A stretch of DNA of 63,953 nt, filler included, from Lama guanicoe (taxonomy: Eukaryota), in NCBI GenBank assembly GCA_013239625.1. It is 189 parts of 189 records of this genome, joined end to end, with 100 filler letters (N's around TTAATTAATTAA, not from the genome) between each part and the next. Parts side by side here need not be neighbours in the genome. Positions count along the whole stretch, not along the records: positions 11,850 to 12,088 come from PNXV01045970.1; positions 12,189 to 12,427 come from PNXV01045971.1; positions 12,528 to 12,766 come from PNXV01045972.1; positions 12,867 to 13,105 come from PNXV01045973.1; positions 13,206 to 13,444 come from PNXV01045974.1; positions 13,545 to 13,783 come from PNXV01045975.1; positions 13,884 to 14,122 come from PNXV01045976.1; positions 14,223 to 14,461 come from PNXV01045977.1; 181 more parts are not named here. One strand, given 5' to 3'. The position numbers and the translations under genes were made by a program. Under the pieces are notes generated by a model. It was given only the letters and a program-made list of their open reading frames with translations. It was not told the origin of the DNA and did not search any database. Of the stretch, positions 12,052 through 24,390 are shown piece by piece. Position 1 is the stretch's first letter; every line of letters begins with the position of its first letter.

Positions 12052-14561
12052 CGTTTTCCACAGGGAGAATCTAATCTCTTGGCTTAGANNNNNNNNNNNN
12101 NNNNNNNNNNNNNNNNNNNNNNNNNNNNNNNNTTAATTAATTAANNNNNNNNNNNNNNNNNNNNNNNNNNNNNNNNNNNNNNNNNNNNAATCATGGATGT
12201 ATGAAGGCGTACTGGTAATGAGAATTTTTCATATATTTGGTATCCATTTTCCTTTTTTGTGGCTTTTGTCTATTTTCCTTTTAGGTCATTTTTTCTTTTT
12301 CTTATTAATGTATAGGAGTTTCAAAAGATAGTCAGCATGTAAATAATCTATATCATGTGTCCAGTATATATTTTGCAGCGATTTTCTGTGCAAAGCACTT
12401 CTACTACTTAAGGTACAGTGATTGCTTNNNNNNNNNNNNNNNNNNNNNNNNNNNNNNNNNNNNNNNNNNNNTTAATTAATTAANNNNNNNNNNNNNNNNN
12501 NNNNNNNNNNNNNNNNNNNNNNNNNNNCACTGGTGCCCATCAGTGGGAGCCAAAGTATAGTATCAATAAATACTTATGCTTTAGATTTTCTTTGAGTTGA
12601 AAGAAGAAAAAAATTGTTCAAGGTATTACCTGCCAAATTTCATTATTTCAGTGGTGCCCTTTCCCCTTTGTGAGCATTTTAAGTTCTTTATCACAAAGGG
12701 AAAGGAAATAAACAAATTGAGCAAAATCAACACAGACTAAATTAAAACAAACACCCCCTGAGCTTGNNNNNNNNNNNNNNNNNNNNNNNNNNNNNNNNNN
12801 NNNNNNNNNNTTAATTAATTAANNNNNNNNNNNNNNNNNNNNNNNNNNNNNNNNNNNNNNNNNNNNAATGGGCAATAGATACCAGGAGATAAATGATCCT
12901 CTTTGCATCCAAGCAGGTAATTTGGGGTTACATTTTACATGGATTGGTATATATATGTGTTGGGGGTGGGGCACAGGACACATGAGTGCTCCCACCAGGA
13001 CTGAGTGATAGTTGTCAACAGCATTTTCTTGCTCCATAATGCAATCTCCTATTAGTTGTAACTGCTCCCTGTTTCACTCTCAACAAAATAACCTGCACAA
13101 AAAAANNNNNNNNNNNNNNNNNNNNNNNNNNNNNNNNNNNNNNNNNNNNTTAATTAATTAANNNNNNNNNNNNNNNNNNNNNNNNNNNNNNNNNNNNNNN
13201 NNNNNGTGAAATCAGCCAGTCTTACTGGTCTGGGTGGAACCAAGCTGCTTACACGCCCAAGGAAATATGTGAAAGGGAAGCTGGGAGACGGAAGGTACTT
13301 GAACACGTTTGGGTTCAGTCTTCACCTCTACAAACTATTTCAGCTGTTCAAGTCCCAGAACCTTCACAGCAGGCAGAGAGACATGTAGATACCCGAAATA
13401 TTAAAAACGATAACCAAGTCAAACTATTTCCTCTACACAGCAATNNNNNNNNNNNNNNNNNNNNNNNNNNNNNNNNNNNNNNNNNNNNTTAATTAATTAA
13501 NNNNNNNNNNNNNNNNNNNNNNNNNNNNNNNNNNNNNNNNNNNNTATTTATTTTGCCCAGTATCTGACTAGTGAAAAGTTATTAGGATTATGATTTTCAG
13601 AAATGTATCGTAAATGGTATGCACATTGATAATGGCATTAGTGATATTCAGCTTAAAAATAGGTTTTATCTCCCAAATCTTTCTTACAATTAAAATCTAT
13701 ATAATCACACACACATATGCAGGGACATGAATGGGTGTCTGTGTGCATGTGTGTGAATTTCCTGAAGGTATGTGCTGTAATTANNNNNNNNNNNNNNNNN
13801 NNNNNNNNNNNNNNNNNNNNNNNNNNNTTAATTAATTAANNNNNNNNNNNNNNNNNNNNNNNNNNNNNNNNNNNNNNNNNNNNATAGCAGGATTTAATTG
13901 TTAGAATAATGAGCATCCTCGTGGGTTTCAGAACTGCCCAACGTCTTGTGTTTTGCATATTGGACCTCAGCTTTACATTTCAAGTTCATTATGGACACTT
14001 GATGTGCAGTGGGGAGCATGGCAACCTGTTCAAAAGAATTAGAGGGGAGCTCCCAAACTTGTTGCAAATCCTGCAGTCTTCCTAGAAGGACACAGATGTG
14101 TTGTGCCATGTGAGCCTTCAAGNNNNNNNNNNNNNNNNNNNNNNNNNNNNNNNNNNNNNNNNNNNNTTAATTAATTAANNNNNNNNNNNNNNNNNNNNNN
14201 NNNNNNNNNNNNNNNNNNNNNNATCATCTGGCTATCTGTAAGAGAATATCCTCTCTTTCCCCTTAATTCAAGTTTCTACTAGTCCTAAAGAACACAGACT
14301 TCCATTAATGTGTTATTCTGTGCCATCCCTCCAAGTCTTAGAAGTTTTCTCTGACAAAAGTTTACCTTCCCCACTTTCTTGCCTGTAGAACTCCTAACAA
14401 ACCTTTCAAGACTCAGCCCAGGTACTTCCTCCTCTGTCAATACTCCCTCTCACCTAAGAAGNNNNNNNNNNNNNNNNNNNNNNNNNNNNNNNNNNNNNNN
14501 NNNNNTTAATTAATTAANNNNNNNNNNNNNNNNNNNNNNNNNNNNNNNNNNNNNNNNNNNN

Positions 14562-14639
14562 TCTCAGCCAGATGATGTGTTGAAATTTATCTCTGAGAAG
14601 AAATGGACTGGCTACCCTGAATACTCCAGCCCATTCTGA
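14562..14639 (+). CDS. Possible terminal coding fragment SQPDDVLKFISEKKWTGYPEYSSPF* (unidentified)
   Basis: Open from the contig start to TGA, protein-like composition, followed by T-rich 3'UTR-like sequence. Not recognised and could be chance. Confidence 0.25.
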   Translation, partial: SQPDDVLKFISEKKWTGYPEYSSPF

Positions 14640-15275
14640 TCTCTTCCTTCTGTGAAAAATAACATTTTCTGGTATCTTACAATGTGTATTTGTATTATAT
14701 TTTTCTTGAGCTGTTTCTTGTTCAAGTTTTATGCTATACTGCCTATTGAGCCAAGAAATAGTGTTTGTGTATGTGCATATGTATATAAGTTTGTATGTAT
14801 NNNNNNNNNNNNNNNNNNNNNNNNNNNNNNNNNNNNNNNNNNNNTTAATTAATTAANNNNNNNNNNNNNNNNNNNNNNNNNNNNNNNNNNNNNNNNNNNN
14901 GAGTGACGTAAAATCTCATTGTGTTTTGGACTTGCATTTTTCTGATTGTTAGTGATGTTGATCGGTTTCATGTGCCTGGTGGTTACCTTTCCCCAACTGT
15001 TTATTCATTTTTTGTAATGGGCTTAATGACCATAAGTGTCTGACTTCATTTTCAGGCATTCTGTTGTGTACCATTATTCTGTATGTTGTGTGCCACTACC
15101 ATATTCTTTTTAATACTGTAGTTTTGTGTTATAGTTTAANNNNNNNNNNNNNNNNNNNNNNNNNNNNNNNNNNNNNNNNNNNNTTAATTAATTAANNNNN
15201 NNNNNNNNNNNNNNNNNNNNNNNNNNNNNNNNNNNNNNNGAGGGCCCGCCTCCCAGCGGGGCAGGAGGCGTGGGC

Positions 15276-15323
15276 ATGGAACCGGCCGCCGCCTCCGAGC
15301 CCCGGGCCCGCGCCGCTGCCTAG
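15276..15323 (+). promoter_or_regulatory. Upstream ORF MEPAAASEPRARAAA* in the PLA2G12A 5' leader
   Basis: ggcATGg is a strong Kozak context. The TAG at 15321-15323 ends 83 nt before the main ATG. Confidence 0.55.
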
Positions 15324-15406
15324 GGCGTCCCGAGGGCTCCGTGGGGGTGCGGCCGTCACGCGGCTCCGGGGACCCGTGAGGCCCGGCGCGGCCGGGCGCT
15401 GCTCGG

Positions 15407-15478
15407 ATGGCCGCGCTCCCGCGGCCTGCGCTCACCCGCCTCCTCCTCCTGACCGCCGCTTTCACGTGCCAGGAGCAG
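15407..15478 (+). CDS. PLA2G12A: Group XIIA secretory phospholipase A2, signal peptide (exon 1, truncated)
   Basis: MAALPRPALTRLLLLTAAFTCQEQ vs recalled human MALLSRPALTLLLLLMAAVVRCQEQ, in a CpG-island context. Too short for the ORF track. Confidence 0.85.
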
Positions 15479-16934
15479 NNNNNNNNNNNNNNNNNNNNNN
15501 NNNNNNNNNNNNNNNNNNNNNNTTAATTAATTAANNNNNNNNNNNNNNNNNNNNNNNNNNNNNNNNNNNNNNNNNNNNGATGCTTTGATTAGCAATGTGA
15601 GCTGTCTATTAAAATATAGGTGGAAGATAGCACTCAGTTTCTGACTGAGGTCCTCAGGGGACAGTCTGAGAAGGTGGCAGACTCTTCAAAGGAAAACTTG
15701 GTCTCAATAATCCACATGGCAGAATGGTCATGACAGTCAGAGGCATACACAAGAACTGAAACTACAGAGTCGGGTACTTCTGGGTACTTCCACTCAGCTG
15801 GGTGCATGGTTCACATANNNNNNNNNNNNNNNNNNNNNNNNNNNNNNNNNNNNNNNNNNNNTTAATTAATTAANNNNNNNNNNNNNNNNNNNNNNNNNNN
15901 NNNNNNNNNNNNNNNNNCCTTCTTCGGGCAGATTCATTTCATCCCGTAATGGACTGGTGTCTGCTGTAGGGCTGAGCTACTTGGTAACTGTATACCCTGT
16001 GGCATTTTTTTTTCTTTTATTCTATACAGAAAAAAACTAAGTTGCCTGAAGTTGCCTGTTGTATTCAAAGGAAGAAATACCAAAGCAAGTTACTTGTATC
16101 AGTGCCTTGGGCGTGTCCGAGGCCCCACGTGTTTCCCTGCGGTCTGGCCTCACTTANNNNNNNNNNNNNNNNNNNNNNNNNNNNNNNNNNNNNNNNNNNN
16201 TTAATTAATTAANNNNNNNNNNNNNNNNNNNNNNNNNNNNNNNNNNNNNNNNNNNNGACCACACCCTTCAAGGCCGGGTGACACTGGACTCTGTCTTCCT
16301 AACACACTCACCAGGTAGCCCTGATGGAGATCCCTGCCCCAAGTCACCACCGGGACAACTAGGGGTCCAGGCGATGAGAGGCGGAGCAGAGGGAGGCTCC
16401 CGCCCACCTCCGGGGAAAGGGAGAAGGATCAGGAATCTAGAAGTGTCACCAGCCCAGTGTCCAGTGAGAGCAACGTTGACCCTGTCCTCCTCCAANNNNN
16501 NNNNNNNNNNNNNNNNNNNNNNNNNNNNNNNNNNNNNNNTTAATTAATTAANNNNNNNNNNNNNNNNNNNNNNNNNNNNNNNNNNNNNNNNNNNNGCGTT
16601 TTTGATCCATCTGCTCCATGAAGAACTGTGAAACTCAGAAATACCTACTTCTAGCCAGACACCCATCCCTCCACTAGGATTCGTCAGTTGATGAACCTTT
16701 GTGATGTAACCCGGCAGTGAGGTGTTCGAAAGAAGTCAAACACGGAATTAGGAATCTGACTTTTTGCGTGTTTATCTCGATTATAAGTTAAAGACTCTGG
16801 AAAGAGTGCAGAGAGTCAAAGTTCAGGCATGTGGNNNNNNNNNNNNNNNNNNNNNNNNNNNNNNNNNNNNNNNNNNNNTTAATTAATTAANNNNNNNNNN
16901 NNNNNNNNNNNNNNNNNNNNNNNNNNNNNNNNNN

Positions 16935-17173
16935 AAGTGGGATTTGTTCCAGGGCTGGAAAGATGGTTCAGTAACTGGAAACAACAAAAGGAAGGGAAAA
17001 TGCCTTTGTTATTTTGACAGGGACCACACTGAATCTATAGATTGCCTTGGGGATTATGGTCATTTTAATCATATTAATTCTTCCAACCCATAAACACAGT
17101 GTACCTTTATATTTGTTTGTGTCATCTTCAGTTTCTTTCATCAATGTCTTATAGTTTTCAGAGTACAAGTCTT
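16935..17173. mobile_element. Two LINE-1 ORF2 pieces in opposite orientation
   Basis: 16935 to about 16985 (+) reads VGFVPGLERWF (cf. QVGFIPGMQGWF). About 16995-17173 (-) reads YSENYKTLMKETEDDTNK...IPKAIYRF. Confidence 0.85.
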
Positions 17174-17951
17174 NNNNNNNNNNNNNNNNNNNNNNNNNNN
17201 NNNNNNNNNNNNNNNNNTTAATTAATTAANNNNNNNNNNNNNNNNNNNNNNNNNNNNNNNNNNNNNNNNNNNNTCATTTTGAGCACTTGGGGTGGAGCAA
17301 GAGGAGGCAAGATGGGAGGCAGTGCTTAGATCCACAGGACCGCCCAGCCCCGCTGCAGGCTGCTCCAGATTCCTAACACTGATCAATGCAGTAACCCAGT
17401 CAGTGCAGTGCCCCACACCCGTACTGTTTGTGCCAAGCAGAAATCTTACACACATTTCCAATCGCTCCCAAGAAGCAGGCATCACCCTCCATCACCTATA
17501 AGAAGAGGGGATNNNNNNNNNNNNNNNNNNNNNNNNNNNNNNNNNNNNNNNNNNNNTTAATTAATTAANNNNNNNNNNNNNNNNNNNNNNNNNNNNNNNN
17601 NNNNNNNNNNNNCAGCAAGCTACTATCAACATTGGCTGCTAATAGCTTTTACCCCCTCCTTTCTCTGGAGAATTGCCATTGCCCAAACAGGATCTGCCAG
17701 CTTGTAGCCAGTGATTGACTGACAAGGGAGGGGCCTTTCCAAGGGCCTTAAGACGGGACCAAGGCCGGGGTGCCCTTTTTGCCTCTCCATTGGACCATGT
17801 TGAAGTTGACCTCCAGCTGACAGCACATCCTGACTTAATATTCTTCATCTGNNNNNNNNNNNNNNNNNNNNNNNNNNNNNNNNNNNNNNNNNNNNTTAAT
17901 TAATTAANNNNNNNNNNNNNNNNNNNNNNNNNNNNNNNNNNNNNNNNNNNN

Positions 17952-18190
17952 AATATAATATTCAATGATATGTTTCATTGAAATAGAAATAACAACCCTA
18001 CTATTAATATAGAACAACTAAGGACCTTTAACAGCCAAAGAAGTTCTGAGAAAGAAGGACACAACTATAGGTGTCTCCCTCCCTAGCATCAAATTGTATC
18101 ACGGAGCTGTAGTGACCACAACAGTGAGGAACTGGCACAAACACAGACACGTGAATGAGAGGAACAGCATAAAGAGCCCAGAGATAAACC
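17952..18190 (+). mobile_element. Degenerate LINE-1 ORF2 fragment
   Basis: acagccaaagaagttctgagaaagaaggac...actggcacaaacacagacac...agagcccagagataaacc. Confidence 0.8.
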
Positions 18191-18290
18191 NNNNNNNNNN
18201 NNNNNNNNNNNNNNNNNNNNNNNNNNNNNNNNNNTTAATTAATTAANNNNNNNNNNNNNNNNNNNNNNNNNNNNNNNNNNNNNNNNNNNN

Positions 18291-18510
18291 TGTCACAAAT
18301 GGCGAGACTTCATTCTTCTCATGGCTAAGTAATATTCCTTCATAAGTGTGTGTGTATACGTATGTGTGTGTTTTATCCATTTATCCATCAATGGGCACTT
18401 AAGACTTATTATTGTGATCATGTTGCAATATACACAAACATTGAGCCATTATGCTGTATACCTGGAATTAATATAATGTCATATGTCAGTCATCCTTTGA
18501 TTTTTAAAAT
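18291..18510. mobile_element. LINE-1 3' end with 5' inversion (L1MA-like)
   Basis: Antisense L1 3'UTR (to about 18402) is joined to a sense terminal segment acttattattgtgatcat...tgctgtatacctggaattaatataatg. Confidence 0.7.
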
Positions 18511-18968
18511 TTTTATAGTCACTAACATGNNNNNNNNNNNNNNNNNNNNNNNNNNNNNNNNNNNNNNNNNNNNTTAATTAATTAANNNNNNNNNNNNNNN
18601 NNNNNNNNNNNNNNNNNNNNNNNNNNNNNTTCATTATTATTTAGAATCCTTTGTTTCATCTGGGTGTGGCTCTACACAAGAGAAAAATGGAATAAATGAT
18701 TGACACTGATTCAAGCTTATCTGCAGGGATGGTGTTGGACAAGTTGGATCTGGGTCTTCCTGGAGCAGAGAAAGAGATTTAAGGTATTTTCTTCAATTCT
18801 GCATATCTGGAAAATAATCAGAATCTTGAAAACTTAGTTAAAGGTTATAACTTGTAGTTTCAGGATTGNNNNNNNNNNNNNNNNNNNNNNNNNNNNNNNN
18901 NNNNNNNNNNNNTTAATTAATTAANNNNNNNNNNNNNNNNNNNNNNNNNNNNNNNNNNNNNNNNNNNN

Positions 18969-19206
18969 TTTTTTTTAGATTCCATGTATATGTGATATCA
19001 TATGATATTTGTCGTTCTCTGTCTGACTTACTTCACTTAATATGATGATCTCCAGATCCATCCGCGTTGCTGCAAATGGCATTGTTTCATTCATTTTTGT
19101 GGTTGAATAGTATTCCATTGCATGAATAGCACATATTCTTTATCCAGTCATCTGTTAATGGACATTAAGATTGCTTCCATGTCTTGGCTATTGTAAATAG
19201 TGCTGC
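18969..19206 (-). mobile_element. LINE-1 3'UTR fragment
   Basis: tctctgtctgacttacttcacttaatatgatgatctccagatccatcc...ttggctattgtaaatagtgctgc is canonical antisense L1. Confidence 0.93.
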
Positions 19207-21001
19207 NNNNNNNNNNNNNNNNNNNNNNNNNNNNNNNNNNNNNNNNNNNNTTAATTAATTAANNNNNNNNNNNNNNNNNNNNNNNNNNNNNNNNNNNNNN
19301 NNNNNNCCTCCCCTCCCGCTTTGGTAACCGTAAGTTTATTTTCCATGACAACTTCGTTCTTATTAAAGATGGTGGCTTGTTTTCCTAAAGTTTCAAAGGC
19401 AGAGGCTGTAGGTTTGCTTTGTGTGCTTAGAATGTTCCATTGTTTAGTGTGGGGTGCCTTATAAATGTGTGGTGAAGTAATGTTTGTTGAAGGAGAAGAA
19501 CAGTGGAGCACGGGTAGGCGAATGTGGCTTTCACTTCTGCATTTGNNNNNNNNNNNNNNNNNNNNNNNNNNNNNNNNNNNNNNNNNNNNTTAATTAATTA
19601 ANNNNNNNNNNNNNNNNNNNNNNNNNNNNNNNNNNNNNNNNNNNNCTGATTTTCCAGGCCCTGCCTCTGGACACAGTCACACTGACTAGAATTTTACATC
19701 ATTTTTAAATGAGCGTAATCCAGCTTCAGAACTACATTGGAAAGTCTCTAAGGACAAATACTGTATCATAAACGAACTTCTTCATGTGGCCGAGGCAGCA
19801 GGCACTCAGTGAGTGTTCCTTTTAGCGACTGCTGATAATTAGGGTCCTTACACCAGGGCGCCTGCTTTTTACACAGCTGACTTCNNNNNNNNNNNNNNNN
19901 NNNNNNNNNNNNNNNNNNNNNNNNNNNNTTAATTAATTAANNNNNNNNNNNNNNNNNNNNNNNNNNNNNNNNNNNNNNNNNNNNGGAGCGCTGGGGCCTG
20001 AGCGCTAATGGACCTGGACAGCGGTGTGCATGTGAATGCCGGGTCCAGGTAAACCGTAGCAGAGAGGGCCCCCTACCCATCAGGGCTTAAAATAAGCACA
20101 AAGAAGGTCAGAGAGCCCCCCCCCGTCTTCGGGGGCCCTCCAAAAGGACACGCCTGCAGATTTCAGGGCTCTGCGGAGACAGGCCACCACGGGGACGGAC
20201 CTCATGAATGAAAAGCAATGAAGNNNNNNNNNNNNNNNNNNNNNNNNNNNNNNNNNNNNNNNNNNNNTTAATTAATTAANNNNNNNNNNNNNNNNNNNNN
20301 NNNNNNNNNNNNNNNNNNNNNNNAAGCCCCAGGCTCATACTGTATATTTCTGCCCCAGTCCTAGAACAAACCGCTTCTCCAAGGACTTCTGGTTCCTTGT
20401 GCTAGAGAGTGGCGTTACAAACCAAGACCTGGACACTAGGTGTCCTCTTTGCTACTGAGGTATTTTTGCTTCTTGGCTATCACAGCTGATGGGCCAGAAG
20501 ATATTTGTGTGTATACTAACCAGTGGATAGAGATACATATATGCATATTTCTGTAGGAGACCNNNNNNNNNNNNNNNNNNNNNNNNNNNNNNNNNNNNNN
20601 NNNNNNTTAATTAATTAANNNNNNNNNNNNNNNNNNNNNNNNNNNNNNNNNNNNNNNNNNNNAATGTATAATTACACAAATGTTGCCACTGTGTCTTATT
20701 TATCCATACGTCTAATATTTATTGAAGTCTTTGCCCTCACTAAACTTCCTCTTGCAGGGAAGGCATAAATTAAATAAGATAAATAAATACTATATACAAT
20801 ATTAGACAGTGATTAGCACTTAGCAGATAAATAAAGCAAAGAATGGAGCTAGGAAATGTTGAGAATGATGGTAAAAAGACCTAAAAAAAACCCAAAAAAG
20901 CNNNNNNNNNNNNNNNNNNNNNNNNNNNNNNNNNNNNNNNNNNNNTTAATTAATTAANNNNNNNNNNNNNNNNNNNNNNNNNNNNNNNNNNNNNNNNNNN
21001 N

Positions 21002-21100
21002 TAGCATGCACAGGGTTCTGAGTTCAATCCCCAGTTCTTCCATTAATAAAGAAACAAATAAATAAACAAACCTAATAACCTCTCCCTCCAAAAAAAAAAA
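21002..21100 (+). mobile_element. Vic-1-type tRNA-derived SINE, 3' part
   Basis: tagcatgcacagggttctgagttcaatccccagttcttccatt...aaacctaataacctctccc plus A-tail, with B-box GTTCAATCC. Confidence 0.85.
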
Positions 21101-21340
21101 AACGAAAATTTTTTAAAATATTTTAAAAATGATTAAAAAAAAAGAAATATTCTTCCCATCTGGATGCATGCATTGCATAAGTTACTAACTGGTGTCTCAT
21201 GGATGACAATAACTGTAACAGCACTAGCAGCTAACATGTANNNNNNNNNNNNNNNNNNNNNNNNNNNNNNNNNNNNNNNNNNNNTTAATTAATTAANNNN
21301 NNNNNNNNNNNNNNNNNNNNNNNNNNNNNNNNNNNNNNNN

Positions 21341-21578
21341 AGTAACCTATAATGAAAAGGAATATGAAAACGAATATATGTATGTATATATATGACTGAA
21401 GCATTATACTGTACACTAGAAATTGGCATATTGTAACTGAGTATACTTCAATTAAAAAAAAGAAAAAAGTTTCTTTTGTATAGCACAGGGAACTGTTTTC
21501 AATATCTGGTAATAACATCTAATTGAAAAAATATGGAAATGAATATATGTATGTATATGCATGACTGGGACATTGTGC
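21341..21578 (+). mobile_element. Two tandem LINE-1 3' termini
   Basis: gaatatatgtatgtatat..atgactg occurs twice. The first copy ends in an A-tail (about 21453-21468) and is immediately followed by a second, heavily 5'-truncated copy. Confidence 0.85.
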
Positions 21579-23552
21579 NNNNNNNNNNNNNNNNNNNNNN
21601 NNNNNNNNNNNNNNNNNNNNNNTTAATTAATTAANNNNNNNNNNNNNNNNNNNNNNNNNNNNNNNNNNNNNNNNNNNNCCTTCTGACAGTAAAACTCCTA
21701 TATTAAATAGAATTGGTTGTTTTATTTGTTGGGAATGACATTTATTTTAGATCATTTTCCATGTAGTAGTGAAGGTGAAACTGAGTAATGGAGATTTTCC
21801 CTAATAGGATGGGGTGTAATACCTTGGATAGTGGGCACACTGACAAAATCTAATAAAGTAAGAACTTCCAGGCAAGGAAAATTTAAAAGGTAAGGGGCCT
21901 TCTGAAAGCAAGGCTGANNNNNNNNNNNNNNNNNNNNNNNNNNNNNNNNNNNNNNNNNNNNTTAATTAATTAANNNNNNNNNNNNNNNNNNNNNNNNNNN
22001 NNNNNNNNNNNNNNNNNTGAGGTCTCTTGCTGCTTCCTTCCTCTCTCACATGGGTGTTGCTTGAGATAACACACTCCAGCAAGCTTCCTAAACACTAATC
22101 ACCACCTCTGAGGCCATTTTCCTGGAAATCTGACCTGCAGCAAAGTGTGGTATATTTTCGGTCCCATTTACTGACATCAGTGTCCTGCTTAGATTCATAA
22201 TCTAGTGTCAGTTTCATTATTTGAAATCATGTGATAGTACATTTATACAATGGAATNNNNNNNNNNNNNNNNNNNNNNNNNNNNNNNNNNNNNNNNNNNN
22301 TTAATTAATTAANNNNNNNNNNNNNNNNNNNNNNNNNNNNNNNNNNNNNNNNNNNNCAACTGTGCCGTACACCTGAAACTCTAAGTGGACTACAACTTTT
22401 TTAAGCAAAAATTATTTTAATAGGTTTTGGAACCCGTTTAGCTTCTATTCATTGGAAAACGTCACTTACACGTTATAGAGGATGGCAACTCTAAATGACC
22501 TCAAAGCACATGCAAGGCCAATGAGCAGCCCCTGCCATTTACACCACCGGGATCTGACCCAAAAGTGCACGTCGGCACACGCTCGCTCCAGCTGGNNNNN
22601 NNNNNNNNNNNNNNNNNNNNNNNNNNNNNNNNNNNNNNNTTAATTAATTAANNNNNNNNNNNNNNNNNNNNNNNNNNNNNNNNNNNNNNNNNNNNTGAGG
22701 CTCAGAAAAGTCAAGTGCCTGGTCTGAAGTCACGCACGTAATAAGTGGTAAACCATATTCAGTCCAGTTCTGTTGATTCCGAGTTTGTAATATTTTCACT
22801 TCACTGTGATGTTTCCTCTCCAATGGTTACGTTGAGGTGGACAGGAAAATAAACCAGGCTGCTTGAGCTTTCATTATTCTTTTTAAATGTGTTTGAGAGG
22901 CGACGGTGGCAAGCATCAATCTGTAATTCTAAATNNNNNNNNNNNNNNNNNNNNNNNNNNNNNNNNNNNNNNNNNNNNTTAATTAATTAANNNNNNNNNN
23001 NNNNNNNNNNNNNNNNNNNNNNNNNNNNNNNNNNTATTTGTCCACAGCCTTGTATCAGAATAGGAAACAGAACAGAAAACCAACCTACTTTGGAGGGTAG
23101 GGAGTTACTAAAGTTATATTTCCTTTGCAGTTATTCTCTCCCTTAAATGCCGTATTTTCTGATAGCCTCGGTATAATCCAGAAGATTCCATTTTAAACAG
23201 GACAATTAAAGCTCCCACTCTTCCAATGTCCACCACGCACATGGAGCTGCTACCGTCTTAGCTCAGGCGGTGANNNNNNNNNNNNNNNNNNNNNNNNNNN
23301 NNNNNNNNNNNNNNNNNTTAATTAATTAANNNNNNNNNNNNNNNNNNNNNNNNNNNNNNNNNNNNNNNNNNNNTTTAAGTGATGCTGACACGTGATTACC
23401 CTCCAGCATCTAATGAGAGGCTGTACGCAGGGATTCAAAGGCGAACAAACTGTGGCCCCTCTCTTGAGGTGTTCTTGCCTACGGAGACAACAAATCATTA
23501 CCATTCAGTGTAAAGTGGCCACAAATAGCTTAAAGGAAGTGATGCCTGAGGG

Positions 23553-23612
23553 CAGGATGGCTACATCATTGCAGAGCCCTGTGCAAAATGAAAGGCAGAC
23601 CCCTTGTTAAAA
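23553..23612. mobile_element. MER45-like hAT transposon end
   Basis: caggatggctacatcattgcagagccctgtgcaaaatgaaaggcagaccccttgttaaaa resembles the recalled MER45A terminus. Confidence 0.55.
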
Positions 23613-24251
23613 NNNNNNNNNNNNNNNNNNNNNNNNNNNNNNNNNNNNNNNNNNNNTTAATTAATTAANNNNNNNNNNNNNNNNNNNNNNNNNNNNNNNN
23701 NNNNNNNNNNNNCATTAGTTTCTTAAGGACCATCACGAACATCAACATTAAAAAAAAAAAACTTCTATACAACATTAAGTAATTTCAGAAATAAAAACTG
23801 AACGAATAGAGTGTCTTAATAGTCCCACTTCTTCCCAGCCAGGTCAACCACAGCTTTAAGACGGAGGTCAGTAGCTCTAACTTTCACATGGAGCCCACAG
23901 GCCCAACCCCCTTGTCGTCAGTCAGGTAGAGGCATTTCCAAGAAATTTTTANNNNNNNNNNNNNNNNNNNNNNNNNNNNNNNNNNNNNNNNNNNNTTAAT
24001 TAATTAANNNNNNNNNNNNNNNNNNNNNNNNNNNNNNNNNNNNNNNNNNNNCATGGGAGGGATCAGTAGTTCTAAACGATTTCAGTCACCTTCTGCCTGT
24101 GGTCCACATGGAGCCAGCCCTGCATCCCACTGGGGAGCTAGCCTGAGTCCCCTCCTCCCTCTCTCCCGCATCTCCCCCCAGTAGAGCATTTCTTGGTTCC
24201 TTAGTTTGGGGAGTCTGAAATCCCGGTGGAGGGCAGGTGCTCCCGGCTCAC

Positions 24252-24290
24252 CTTGTCGATGAAGGAGGCGAACTTGTTGTTGAGGGTCTT
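24252..24290 (-). CDS. Type II keratin, 3' end of exon 1 (helix initiation motif)
   Basis: Minus strand reads KTLNNKFASFIDK followed by a GTGAG donor at the conserved type II keratin intron-1 position. The paralogue cannot be assigned. Confidence 0.93.
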
Positions 24291-24390
24291 NNNNNNNNNN
24301 NNNNNNNNNNNNNNNNNNNNNNNNNNNNNNNNNNTTAATTAATTAANNNNNNNNNNNNNNNNNNNNNNNNNNNNNNNNNNNNNNNNNNNN

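Noticed and set aside
15184..15465. Arg/Pro/Gly-rich minus-strand ORF
   Set aside because: It is the antisense shadow of the GC-rich PLA2G12A 5' region. Similar shadows occur at 7397, 32475, 41967, 50865 and 55188.
18630..18868. Apparent acceptor...donor-bounded exon
   Set aside because: All three frames contain stops and the splice sites are weak.
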